From a virus: DNA of 33,748 bases. The stretch lies in the UHGV virus genome UHGV-0125592; one strand, written 5' to 3'. Every line of letters begins with the position of its first letter. The first letter of the stretch is position 1. This document shows, one piece after another, positions 18,365 to 26,265 of this stretch. The translations under genes were made by a program, and so were the position numbers. The notes below the pieces were generated by a model, which made no database searches, was not told where the DNA came from, and saw only the letters and a program-made list of their open reading frames with translations.

Positions 18365-18909
18365 TTGTCTATCCCCCAGCACGTCAGCCCGCTTTCCTGG
18401 TCTCGTCGTTCAACCTGTCCGTAGCAGCCGTTTTTCTGGCCTTTGGTCAGACGGCAATCGCGGCCACCGTCTTTAATCCACCAGCGGATCGCTTCACAAG
18501 CTCCTTTTCGGTCGCCAGCATTGATCCGTTTGTAGAAAGTGGAAGGGAAGCATTTTCCGGGACCGATGTTATAAGGGCAGAAAGAAGCGATACCCGCTTT
18601 CTGAGGTTCACTCAGCGGGACTTGGATATTTTTCTCTACCCACGCCAGCGCCTTGTCGCGTTCTATGGCGTTCACCTGGGCGCATTTCTCAGCAGACAGT
18701 TTCATGCTCTGAACTACTGGCTTACCGTCAACCATCGTGGCGCCACGGCAAATGGTCCACACTCCGCCGCCGTCGCGATATGCCGTCAGGCTGTTACCCT
18801 CTTTCTCATCCAGAAACTGATCGAGAATTACAGGTGCGGAAGCCCCAGCAAGAATCAAACCAACTACCGCTGCACTCAGTTTATTCTTCAGCTTTGGTGA
18901 CATTGCCAT
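18361..18909 (-). CDS. SAR endolysin (GH24 T4-type lysozyme, RrrD-like)
   Basis: Catalytic E-x8-D-x5-T motif ([16 protein letters not shown]); N-terminal weakly hydrophobic signal-anchor-release segment ([17 protein letters not shown]); GGAGG ribosome-binding site. Confidence 0.85.
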   Translation of the reverse strand: MAMSPKLKNKLSAAVVGLILAGASAPVILDQFLDEKEGNSLTAYRDGGGVWTICRGATMVDGKPVVQSMKLSAEKCAQVNAIERDKALAWVEKNIQVPLSEPQKAGIASFCPYNIGPGKCFPSTFYKRINAGDRKGACEAIRWWIKDGGRDCRLTKGQKNGCYGQVERRDQESGLTCWGIDK

Positions 18910-19159
18910 TAAGCCGGTCCTCCCTTTCCTTTTTCCTGTAATACCAGTTCACTGCACAGGTGATAACCGTGCATGCGATACCGACAATAATTGCCCAGTC
19001 GCTCAGGCTTAACCCTGCAATTCTGTCGGCCAACATCCAGGACACCTCTTTTGCTGTTTTAGCTGTTTCGGCGTATGCCTTCGCTGATACACCGCAGCCG
19101 GTCAGCGTGGTGCCTGTTCCATATGAAAGTCTGCTGTAAATGGTGCTCATTCTGGTCAT
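18881..19159 (-). CDS. Pinholin-type holin (S21-like) with dual start
   Basis: MTRMSTIY... has two Met codons separated by Thr-Arg (antiholin/holin pattern); Gly/Thr-rich TMD1, hydrophobic TMD2, charged C-terminus; GGAGGTGAGG ribosome-binding site; overlaps the endolysin start. Confidence 0.7.
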   Translation of the reverse strand: MTRMSTIYSRLSYGTGTTLTGCGVSAKAYAETAKTAKEVSWMLADRIAGLSLSDWAIIVGIACTVITCAVNWYYRKKEREDRLNGNVTKAEE

Positions 19160-19263
19160 AGCCTCACCTCCGATAGTACGGATGGCGCTGTGTGTGATGA
19201 AAGGGTCAGGCCCTCGGGCTGGATTTAACAACGAAGCATGTCGATGATGATTCCCGTGAGCCT

Positions 19264-19294
19264 GAAATAGAAAAGGCCACGCAAATGCGCAGCC
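19264..19294 (-). terminator. Intrinsic terminator (tR'-like), copy A, upstream of the holin
   Basis: Minus-strand transcript GGCUGCGC-AUUU-GCGUGGCC forms an 8-bp stem using two G-U wobble pairs, followed by UUUUCUAUUU; forms only in the minus-strand transcript. Confidence 0.55.
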
Positions 19295-19352
19295 TGTAAC
19301 CAGAAATCAATATTGTCTTTACATCAATTTTTCTTAAGGTTAAATTCTTCTG

Positions 19353-19428
19353 ACAAGTTGATGAAAGACAACTTGAATATTAGCTATTTGTTCTCTGTTA
19401 TGCCCGCAACCCAATGCGGGCTTTTTTT
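19353..19428 (+). ncRNA. Candidate small RNA (about 75 nt) antisense to the late transcript
   Basis: Promoter-like TTTACA (19318-19323), 17-bp spacer, TAAATT (19341-19346); internal hairpin CAAGTTG-ATGAAAGA-CAACTTG; strong terminator GCCCGCA-ACCCAA-TGCGGGC + TTTTTTT (19402-19428); no ORF. Confidence 0.4.
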
Positions 19429-19551
19429 CGCCCTGCTAAAAGTTCCACCGTTGTGAGCCTTTTTGCTATGCAATAATGGATGCGTGGTGCCGGGTGTCTC
19501 CCGGTGATCCTTTGGCTGACAACCCATGCCTCACGAACATTTCACAACGGG

Positions 19552-19581
19552 ATATAGAAAAGGCCGTGCATTTGCATAGCC
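19552..19581 (-). terminator. Intrinsic terminator, copy B (imperfect duplicate of copy A)
   Basis: Minus-strand GGCUAUGC-AAAU-GCACGGCC hairpin (one mismatch) followed by UUUUCUAUAU; shares the flanking motif ATAGAAAAGGCC...AGCC(C)TGAAA with copy A. Confidence 0.45.
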
Positions 19582-19602
19582 CTGAAAGATGTTTATGCTT
19601 TA

Positions 19603-20100
19603 TTAATTCGCTGGAATATCTGGCATGGCGCGATCCATAGAAGAGCTAATTAACGCCTTAATAGCGTTGCATACCTGATAAAATCCACCCAGCTGAGATG
19701 AGACAGAAAAACGGGAGACGTCGTCTCCTGAGCCTACTTCAGCATAAAATGATGAGTTCTCATACCAGAGTGAGATGCTTACGCCCTGCCTGTAGCCACC
19801 TGTTAGCGGAGAATCATCAAGAGTGGTTGCAATCACGAAATTCAAGTGGTAACGGCTGTCCATATTGAGTTGGGGGATTAAGACAGGAAAGAACTTCCCC
19901 TCCTCCTCCCAAATACCAATGTCCACATAAGGCCATCTTGTTCCGTCAGAACCAGTCCACTCACGAGATGTAAGATCAAGAGAACCTGAATACTCTCGTA
20001 GTAGTTCGCTCGCCTTCTCCTGAAGTTTATCCTGTAACTTCCATTGCGCCTCGACCAGTTTAGTGCGTTTTTCTTTCAGATCCTTAAATGTTAATTCCAT
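19603..20100 (-). CDS. Hypothetical protein (cargo, low GC)
   Basis: 165 aa from ATG 20100 with GGAG ribosome-binding site (MELTFKDLKEKRTKLVEAQWKLQ...); no recognisable motifs; divergent from the adjacent plus-strand operon. Confidence 0.5.
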   Translation of the reverse strand: MELTFKDLKEKRTKLVEAQWKLQDKLQEKASELLREYSGSLDLTSREWTGSDGTRWPYVDIGIWEEEGKFFPVLIPQLNMDSRYHLNFVIATTLDDSPLTGGYRQGVSISLWYENSSFYAEVGSGDDVSRFSVSSQLGGFYQVCNAIKALISSSMDRAMPDIPAN

Positions 20101-20183
20101 GCCACTCTCCAGACAACTTTTGAAAGGAATCTGCATAGTAACTCACCCTGAAAGCACATGGTTATATTTCACTTACACTGAGT

Positions 20184-20220
20184 GCGAAAAACAAAAACCC
20201 CACCATTTCTGGCAGGGCTT
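20184..20220 (-). terminator. Possible terminator upstream of the 165-aa gene
   Basis: Minus strand: GC-rich imperfect hairpin (CCCTGCC...GGTGGGG) followed by TTTTTGTTTTT. Confidence 0.3.
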
Positions 20221-20349
20221 CGATTGTTAAGCTGTGTGTCGAAGTGACCACTCTTAACACGTTACATTACTTTTTGCGGACCGCAATAATGTTTTTTATT
20301 ATTAAAACAGGTATTTTATGGAAAAAAATCAAACCATAGCGAGCAAATA

Positions 20350-21219
20350 GTGACCAATACTACTTCTTTTCAGATCTTCTATGATGCAGAAGACACTGAA
20401 TTGGCACAGCATAAAATTGATGCAAAAACACTTAGCATTTCCATAGGTTCTATGGCTGATTTAATTTCAGCCGCCGATAAACGGCTTAACGACGGTCAAC
20501 AAACTGTGAAGTTGATGGTGACAAACCCGGCCGAGGCTGGCTCTCTCGGCGTATCCTATACGATGATGGAACTTGTCCCACATGCAATCAATGTTGCGAA
20601 AGTGATCGGATTGACAGGGTTAGCCGGCGCAGCAATTGGTGCACCTGCATTATCGTTAATTCGACAGTTGGGAAGTAAGAAAGTCATTTCCATCACGAAA
20701 CGAGCAGGTACAAACCAATCCGTTCTTGAGCTCGAAGGTGAAGAGATTGTTTGTCATGATTCTGTAGCAAAGCTAGTGACTGATCCAGAAATTAGGAATG
20801 CTTTAGTGAACGTTGTGCGCGCACCTTTAGACGGGAAAGAAGGCGCAGTGTTCAAAGTTCTGAATGAAGACGGTATCGAAGTCGTCCGCCTGGAAGGTGA
20901 AGAAACTGAGGAAATAAAACCACTTCCCAGGGGCACTTTGCTGGAAAAAGAAGAATCAGTGGAAGAAGTAAACGTAAGATTCGTCCAAATAAACTTTGAA
21001 GGAACAAAAGGTTGGAGGATTGAGTACCTCGGAGAGGAACATGCAGTTTCGTTTGAGGATCAACTTTTTATACATCAAGTCCAAAATGGGATCGTTAGTT
21101 TCACCAAAGAAGATTTGTTTGTCGTTGACCTCAAAACAACAAAAACTTTCACTGCACGTAATGCTTCAACCAAGTATGCTATAACCAAAGTTAAGCGAAA
21201 ACGCCCTGCTGAGGCTTGA
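20350..21219 (+). CDS. Hypothetical membrane-anchored protein, first gene of a three-gene cargo operon
   Basis: 289-aa ORF (GTG start at 20350; first in-frame ATG at residue 35); central hydrophobic segment INVAKVIGLTGLAGAAIGAPALSLI, acidic C-terminal half; low GC; preceded by a 10-codon mini-ORF whose stop overlaps the GTG. Confidence 0.5.
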   Translation: MTNTTSFQIFYDAEDTELAQHKIDAKTLSISIGSMADLISAADKRLNDGQQTVKLMVTNPAEAGSLGVSYTMMELVPHAINVAKVIGLTGLAGAAIGAPALSLIRQLGSKKVISITKRAGTNQSVLELEGEEIVCHDSVAKLVTDPEIRNALVNVVRAPLDGKEGAVFKVLNEDGIEVVRLEGEETEEIKPLPRGTLLEKEESVEEVNVRFVQINFEGTKGWRIEYLGEEHAVSFEDQLFIHQVQNGIVSFTKEDLFVVDLKTTKTFTARNASTKYAITKVKRKRPAEA

Positions 21220-21275
21220 TTAACGTGGCATTAAACTTGCAGATAGCGCAACTGATCTTCTGGATAGGAGTGATT

Positions 21276-21485
21276 ATGATCATTCCTACCTTTAGTCGTT
21301 TCTGCTATTCGGCATCTGCTTTGCTATGGCGTCGATTGTTTCCTACCAGGACCTTTGAGTTCCGGTATCACGATGAAGATACTGGTACAACTAAAACACT
21401 CATAGTTAAGGTGCCAAGAAAAAACGGCAAAATGCTTACCAGCCTTATTGATGAGGCTATTTCGGAGAATTCAAAACCAAAATGA
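21276..21485 (+). CDS. Small hypothetical protein, second gene of the cargo operon
   Basis: ATG at 21276 with GGAG 8 nt upstream; 69 aa; an upstream TTG start would add a hydrophobic N-terminus; stop overlaps the next start (ATGA). Confidence 0.4.
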   Translation: MIIPTFSRFCYSASALLWRRLFPTRTFEFRYHDEDTGTTKTLIVKVPRKNGKMLTSLIDEAISENSKPK

Positions 21486-21904
21486 GTTCTCAAAGTAAAG
21501 GTTTAAGTACTGGAAAAGCGACACTTTCCACTGGTGGTTGGGGAGCAATACTCAGCGTTTTAGTTGGTGCAGTTCTTACAGACCCCAACAGCGTGTGGAG
21601 GACGGTTGCTTATGCCCTTGTGCCTGGTGTTGCTGCTGTCCTTACCTACGTGATGAATTGGTTCATTTCTAGGCATGGGTTTGAATCACCAGAAGATGCA
21701 GCTAAACGAGCGAAGTGTAAACGAGATTTAGCTGAGATCGAAAAACAGCTAAGCTCAGAGCATTTAACCCCTGAAATTGAAGCCAGGCTGATGCAGGCAA
21801 AGGCCAAGACAATTGAAATACTCGTTTCTATTGGCAGCGACTCTATCCTTGAAGCCTCATCACGTTCGAGCCAACTACCAGATACTGCCGGGCCTCAAGG
21901 CTAA
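21482..21904 (+). CDS. Two-TM membrane protein with C-terminal coiled coil, third gene of the cargo operon
   Basis: 140 aa; two hydrophobic helices (GGWGAILSVLVGAVL and VAYALVPGVAAVLTYVMNWFI) then a charged helical tail; translationally coupled to the preceding gene. Confidence 0.5.
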   Translation: MSSQSKGLSTGKATLSTGGWGAILSVLVGAVLTDPNSVWRTVAYALVPGVAAVLTYVMNWFISRHGFESPEDAAKRAKCKRDLAEIEKQLSSEHLTPEIEARLMQAKAKTIEILVSIGSDSILEASSRSSQLPDTAGPQG

Positions 21905-21926
21905 CCGGCAGTCTTGATTTTAACAA

Positions 21927-22295
21927 TCAATCATCCATGTCAAGTCGAATATCAAGCATAGCCAAACATCCGTCTATAAATCCTTCTGCCATCTGTATCT
22001 CGATGCGTATCAATTTCTCATCTTTTTTACGCGCTTTCGCAATCTTCCTCTTAGATATTCCGTATAGGTAGTGGGCAACAAGAAGTGAATGCTCATATGG
22101 TTTTCGGTTTTTCAATCGCGCCAGGCACCCTTCGATGATCAGCGCATCATCGTCAGTACAAGACGGTCGGGAGCTACCTATTTGCGGCAACAGCCCTTTA
22201 AATCCTGCAGCTATAGGAGAATAGTCCACGCCAGAACTATCACTGGCAGCCCACCCGCCCCATCTTTCGAGTAACATTTGAATATCACGCATCAC
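21927..22295 (-). CDS. Late-gene antiterminator Q (small Q family, QuuD-like)
   Basis: 122 aa; MMRDIQMLLERWGGWAA...IAAGFKGLLP...SRPSCTDDDALIIEGCLARL...AEGFIDGCLAMLDIRLDMDD matches the conserved pattern of the DLP12/phage-82-type small Q proteins. Confidence 0.75.
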   Translation of the reverse strand: MMRDIQMLLERWGGWAASDSSGVDYSPIAAGFKGLLPQIGSSRPSCTDDDALIIEGCLARLKNRKPYEHSLLVAHYLYGISKRKIAKARKKDEKLIRIEIQMAEGFIDGCLAMLDIRLDMDD

Positions 22296-22309
22296 TTTTC
22301 TCCATACAC

Positions 22310-23338
22310 TTAAGCTTTCGCAATTACGCCGATCGCCAGCGCCCGATCCATAAAACGCAGTAGCAGCTCAAGCTGCGTACCATGCTTCTGCTCGAATGCT
22401 GGTACATCGGCGTGTAACTCGTCGTGGCACTCTCTGCACAGAGGGATCACGAAGAGGTCATGGGCTTTTGTTGCTGTACCACCCATACCGTGCCCTACGA
22501 TATGGTGCGGATCATCTGCTGGCCGTCGGCAACACTCACAGGGTTGTGTTTTTACCCAGCGGGTGTAAGTCTCATTTATCCAGCGGCGTCGCTTTGGCCT
22601 GAGCATGAAAGATTCTGGAGATTCCGGATCAACAGAGAGCGTGAGGATCTTCTTCGCCTTCTCCTGCACGAGGCTGGTTGCAGACGCTAAAGGCACAATG
22701 TCGCTTTCCCTCATGACAGAGCGGATGTTCTCATCCGGAAGGCGCAGCCCTTTGTGAGCAACGCTTTCCGGAATAACATCAGCCAGGTCGTTTCTGACCA
22801 TCCACCAGCACAGTTCCGGAAGCGTCAGGATATGCGACTCGGGAAAACCAGAATCACGCCGAATGACTTCCAGAATCCAGGATACCAGGTTTCCTGCCGC
22901 TATACCTGCAAGCTGTTCGGTATGCTGCCCCGACAAAGTGTGATCGCAATGCCAGCACAGGCGAATGCTTCCTGGTGGGTGCCGCATTGTTGTGAAGTTC
23001 TTGTCGTGCCACGTTGAATGTGGCCACTGGCATTCAAACCGATTACTCAGCCATTGCTCAAGGGAAGGAAGCCCGCCGGCACGCTGAATAATCCTCTCAT
23101 TCTCGAAGACCTGACGCATTACCGGATCATCAGCCAGCGGCTGAATGGCTGCCGGAACAGCCCCGGTACTGAATGACGCCATTTCTTCTGGTTCAGGCTC
23201 GAGCAGAACGCGACCACGCATGAAGAGGTGCATCAGCTCCGCACCAGGACGGAACAGCACAATCCCCATACGATGGGCGATCTCGGGGGTAAGCAGAGCT
23301 TTCACGCGACCTGCCCCCTGGCAATGTGTTCTGCCCAC
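22310..23338 (-). CDS. DUF968-like protein (YdfU-like) with C-terminal HNH-like Cys/His cluster
   Basis: 342-aa ORF; C-terminus CECCRRPADDPHHIVGHGMGG...CRECHDELH; start uncertain (internal Met codons at 23269 and 23230 possible). Confidence 0.55.
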   Translation of the reverse strand: MGRTHCQGAGRVKALLTPEIAHRMGIVLFRPGAELMHLFMRGRVLLEPEPEEMASFSTGAVPAAIQPLADDPVMRQVFENERIIQRAGGLPSLEQWLSNRFECQWPHSTWHDKNFTTMRHPPGSIRLCWHCDHTLSGQHTEQLAGIAAGNLVSWILEVIRRDSGFPESHILTLPELCWWMVRNDLADVIPESVAHKGLRLPDENIRSVMRESDIVPLASATSLVQEKAKKILTLSVDPESPESFMLRPKRRRWINETYTRWVKTQPCECCRRPADDPHHIVGHGMGGTATKAHDLFVIPLCRECHDELHADVPAFEQKHGTQLELLLRFMDRALAIGVIAKA

Positions 23339-23997
23339 AGTCCACCAATCCAGCGCACGCCTTTCGGCGTGAAGCGTGCCTGGCTGAATGCATGGTTTGA
23401 GGTTACGGATGTGCCGGTTTTCACTTCAAAACGGCCCGCATCAATATGCTGATGCCGTGGGGTCATCGTTCCGCCAAGGCGATACATGATGTCCTTCTCA
23501 AGGAGGAATAGCCGCAGATCAGGCTCTTTGGCCTTAAGCAGTTTTGCCACCTGGCGGAATGACATTGACCCACTGGCTGTACAGTACCGATCAACAAACT
23601 CTACCTTCGGCGCCGCGGCAGCCAGTTCGTTAGTCAACTGCTGTTTTTGTTCTGCAAGGTCAGCTGCAAGACGTAGGGCTTCAGAGAATGATTGAGGAAT
23701 CGTCTGCTGCTGTGCCTGCTCAAGCTCCTGCCAGCGATCAACCAGACGCGCGGTAAACTCCGGCGACAGCTGCGCGACAACGATATAACTGTCCCGCTTC
23801 CCTATCAGATAAACCGATACCGACTGATTGAGATGATTTCTAACTTCCCCCATTGGGGGGAGTTCAATAACACCGCGCTCTGCCAGGCGCTCAATGGACC
23901 GTTTAACATGGTCATGTCTTGATTCCACCAGCTCAGCAATATCGCTGCTGGACATGGTTAACGCTGTTGTTGCTAACTGGCTCATACTTTTCTCCAT
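23302..23997 (-). CDS. Antirepressor-like protein (Rha-type N-terminus plus KilA-C-like C-terminus)
   Basis: N-terminus MSSSDIAELVESRHDHVKRSIERLAERGVI (Rha-like HTH); C-terminus VEFVDRYCTASGSMSFRQVAKLLKAKEPDLRLFLLEKDIMYRLGG (KilA-C-like); start ambiguous among several Met codons. Confidence 0.6.
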   Translation of the reverse strand: MEKSMSQLATTALTMSSSDIAELVESRHDHVKRSIERLAERGVIELPPMGEVRNHLNQSVSVYLIGKRDSYIVVAQLSPEFTARLVDRWQELEQAQQQTIPQSFSEALRLAADLAEQKQQLTNELAAAAPKVEFVDRYCTASGSMSFRQVAKLLKAKEPDLRLFLLEKDIMYRLGGTMTPRHQHIDAGRFEVKTGTSVTSNHAFSQARFTPKGVRWIGGLWAEHIARGQVA

Positions 23998-23998
23998 A

Positions 23999-24385
23999 TC
24001 AGGCGGCTGCACCCGCCGGTTCATATCTGCTGATTGTTATCTCTACCCGACCTTTCGGCACAACGGGTCCCCATTCCACCAGCATGCGCTTAATCTGGCT
24101 GTCGTCTTCCCAGACACCCGCATGCGTCAGCGCGTCAAACAGGGCTTTGTTGTAATTATCGATATCCCGGCGGCGCGCATCCGGCGGGTACAGAGTGATT
24201 TCTACCGCTGCCAGTTCAGTCGATGGCTTCGGGAGACGTCGTAATTGCTCAATGATCGCCACGCAGGCAGCGCTCTGGTATTTACGGCCATCAGCGCTAA
24301 TGAGGTGACGACCGGCCAGCGGCCCCTTGTTAGGGGCGCGCCAGTAGGTGTTCACGCTGGGTGGAAATGGGAGTATGAGCCTCAT
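23999..24385 (-). CDS. rusA: Holliday junction resolvase RusA
   Basis: 128 aa; LPFPPSVNTYWR...DARRRDIDNYNKALFDALTHAGVWEDDSQI matches the RusA catalytic core (E. coli RusA: LPWPPSNNRYYR...[30 protein letters not shown]). Confidence 0.9.
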   Translation of the reverse strand: MRLILPFPPSVNTYWRAPNKGPLAGRHLISADGRKYQSAACVAIIEQLRRLPKPSTELAAVEITLYPPDARRRDIDNYNKALFDALTHAGVWEDDSQIKRMLVEWGPVVPKGRVEITISRYEPAGAAA

Positions 24386-24499
24386 TAAAAGCCTCCGTCA
24401 TAATTCCTGAAACATACCTCAACTTTCCCGCTATAGTGACGAACACGTTGAACAACATCCGAAATAGGCGCTATGCCAGCATGGAGATAAAAGACTGTT

Positions 24500-25393
24500 T
24501 CACGCATGAGTTACCCCCCGCATGCTGTCGACAAGACCTTGCGCGATTGTGATGATTTCGCTGGTGGCCGTTCGTTCCAGCCATAGTTGATTGATATTGG
24601 CTTTCAGCTTGTTCTGCTGTGGTTCCTCCAGCATGTCAGCCCCTTCCACCTGGTTAAACACAATACCCACCTCAAGTGGCCAGATGCGTGATTCAACTTC
24701 TGGCAATGACAGCGGCACAGCAGCGGGCATTTCACGTGGTTGCACTGCTGGTGGCTGAACCTTCGCGGCGACAAACGTGGCCAGAGCCATAGAAGCACGC
24801 CCTTTTGCCTCCAGTTCTGTGCGGTTGATGTAGCTGAACCGCTCACCACGCCATGACTTATCGAATACAGCTATGGCACCGGCAAAAAACGCGCTGGTGG
24901 GCTTCTGTTTTTCGTCAGCAGGTACAAACCACACAGGCAGATCGAACCCAATGCGCCCGCGAATGAATACAATGTGATCGGCATCTTCCGGCCACCACGT
25001 TTCACTCGGCGCGGCTTTTATCAGGAATACATAGCGACCGCCCTTCTCGCGCTGGGCTGCTGCGTAGTTCATGATGTGCGTCATGCCGGTGATCGCCTGC
25101 TTCTCGTGGTACTGCGAACGGCTATACGGTGGGTTGCCATAGCCAGCGCCACCCAGTTCAGCCAGACGTTCAGACCAGTCCTGCGTCAGCGCGTTATCTT
25201 CGGCGGTGTACCATGCCGGGCATTTCGCGTTGTCGTCGTCAGCAAACAAATCCAGAACTAATGGACCAAATAGCGCGTTAATCCCCCAAAAAAGCAGATC
25301 CGGTGTCCGCCACTGATCGCCAACTTCTTTCAATTCGTGGGCTGGTTGGCTACGCAGTGCCGACAGCGCTAGGCAATATTTATTTGTCATCAT
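24500..25393 (-). CDS. Phage Dam-type N6-adenine DNA methyltransferase
   Basis: NPPY catalytic motif (GYGNPPYSRS) in the N-terminal half of a 297-aa ORF; about 100-aa C-terminal extension of unknown role. Confidence 0.75.
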   Translation of the reverse strand: MMTNKYCLALSALRSQPAHELKEVGDQWRTPDLLFWGINALFGPLVLDLFADDDNAKCPAWYTAEDNALTQDWSERLAELGGAGYGNPPYSRSQYHEKQAITGMTHIMNYAAAQREKGGRYVFLIKAAPSETWWPEDADHIVFIRGRIGFDLPVWFVPADEKQKPTSAFFAGAIAVFDKSWRGERFSYINRTELEAKGRASMALATFVAAKVQPPAVQPREMPAAVPLSLPEVESRIWPLEVGIVFNQVEGADMLEEPQQNKLKANINQLWLERTATSEIITIAQGLVDSMRGVTHA

Positions 25394-26256
25394 GAACGGA
25401 ACCCCGAATTTTCTGGCAGTGAGTAATCAACACTCTGGAAGTTTGCGCGGCTGGCTGAGTTAGTCTCCCATTTGCCGTTAACTCGTTCAGGCCGCCCAGC
25501 ACTGGACCATTTGGTCGCGCTTTGCAGGTAACCAGGGAAGTTTTTTGGAATAAACAGAGTTGCCGGGCGGAGATATTGCGCCTGCTCGCTATCACGCCAA
25601 TCGGCATTTTTGTAATCCACTACCAGGCACAGGTCATCAACCGTAAATTGTTCCCGAAGACGGGCGCGAATATTCTCCAGCGACGTACTGCATACCTGGT
25701 AGCGTGAGCCAGTTGTCTGGTTCAGGTAAGACAAGACCTGTCTGGCCTGATCAGTAATCACAACCTCAGGGTCAGGTTGCGCAGCAACCGGACAAGAGGG
25801 TTTTGAAGTTACTTGTGGATCTTGTTTTGATTTTACTGACGGATCCCCGCCAGATTCTGACGGGTCAAAACCGCTGTTTTTGCCAGATTCCGATGGGTCA
25901 GTTTTTGAGGTGTCAAATTTTGATGCGTCAGATTTTGACGTGTCAGAATCTGACAGTTGAGAAAATGCGGCAGCCTGAAGTTTCGCCACATTCAGGCGGT
26001 ACACGTTCGATGCATTACGGTTACCATTACGGCGCTGTGTACGCGTGAGCCAGCCATCTTTTTCAAGCTTAGCGATTGCTGTTCTAATGGTGCTCGGACC
26101 CGCGCCAAGCTGGCGAGCAATAGTTTCAATGGACGGCCAGCACACACCTTCATCGCTGCTGAAATCAGCAAGGCGAGCCATGATCGCGACACTAGACAAC
26201 TTCATGCCCGACGCTGCGCAACCATCCCATACGTAGCCGGTTAATTTAGTGCTCAT
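25390..26256 (-). CDS. Replication initiator (lambda O-like) containing the origin iterons
   Basis: N-terminal HTH region, central repetitive Ser/Asp/Lys segment encoded by DNA iterons, conserved phage C-terminal domain; AGGGAG ribosome-binding site. Confidence 0.7.
   Translation of the reverse strand: MSTKLTGYVWDGCAASGMKLSSVAIMARLADFSSDEGVCWPSIETIARQLGAGPSTIRTAIAKLEKDGWLTRTQRRNGNRNASNVYRLNVAKLQAAAFSQLSDSDTSKSDASKFDTSKTDPSESGKNSGFDPSESGGDPSVKSKQDPQVTSKPSCPVAAQPDPEVVITDQARQVLSYLNQTTGSRYQVCSTSLENIRARLREQFTVDDLCLVVDYKNADWRDSEQAQYLRPATLFIPKNFPGYLQSATKWSSAGRPERVNGKWETNSASRANFQSVDYSLPENSGFRS
25825..25956. repeat. Replication origin iterons inside the O-like gene
   Basis: Five to six tandem, partly palindromic 13-bp units of the form TCAGATTYTGAYG (e.g. 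CAGATTCTGACGG, CAGATTCCGATGG, TCAAATTTTGATG, TCAGATTTTGACG, TCAGAATCTGACA). Confidence 0.6.
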
Positions 26257-26265
26257 GATCGTCCG

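Noticed and set aside
17840-18382. Plus-strand ORFs (17979-18287, 18047-18244) inside Rz
   Set aside because: Ala-rich antisense frames of the Ala/Gln-rich Rz coiled coil; the genuine embedded gene is Rz1 on the minus strand.
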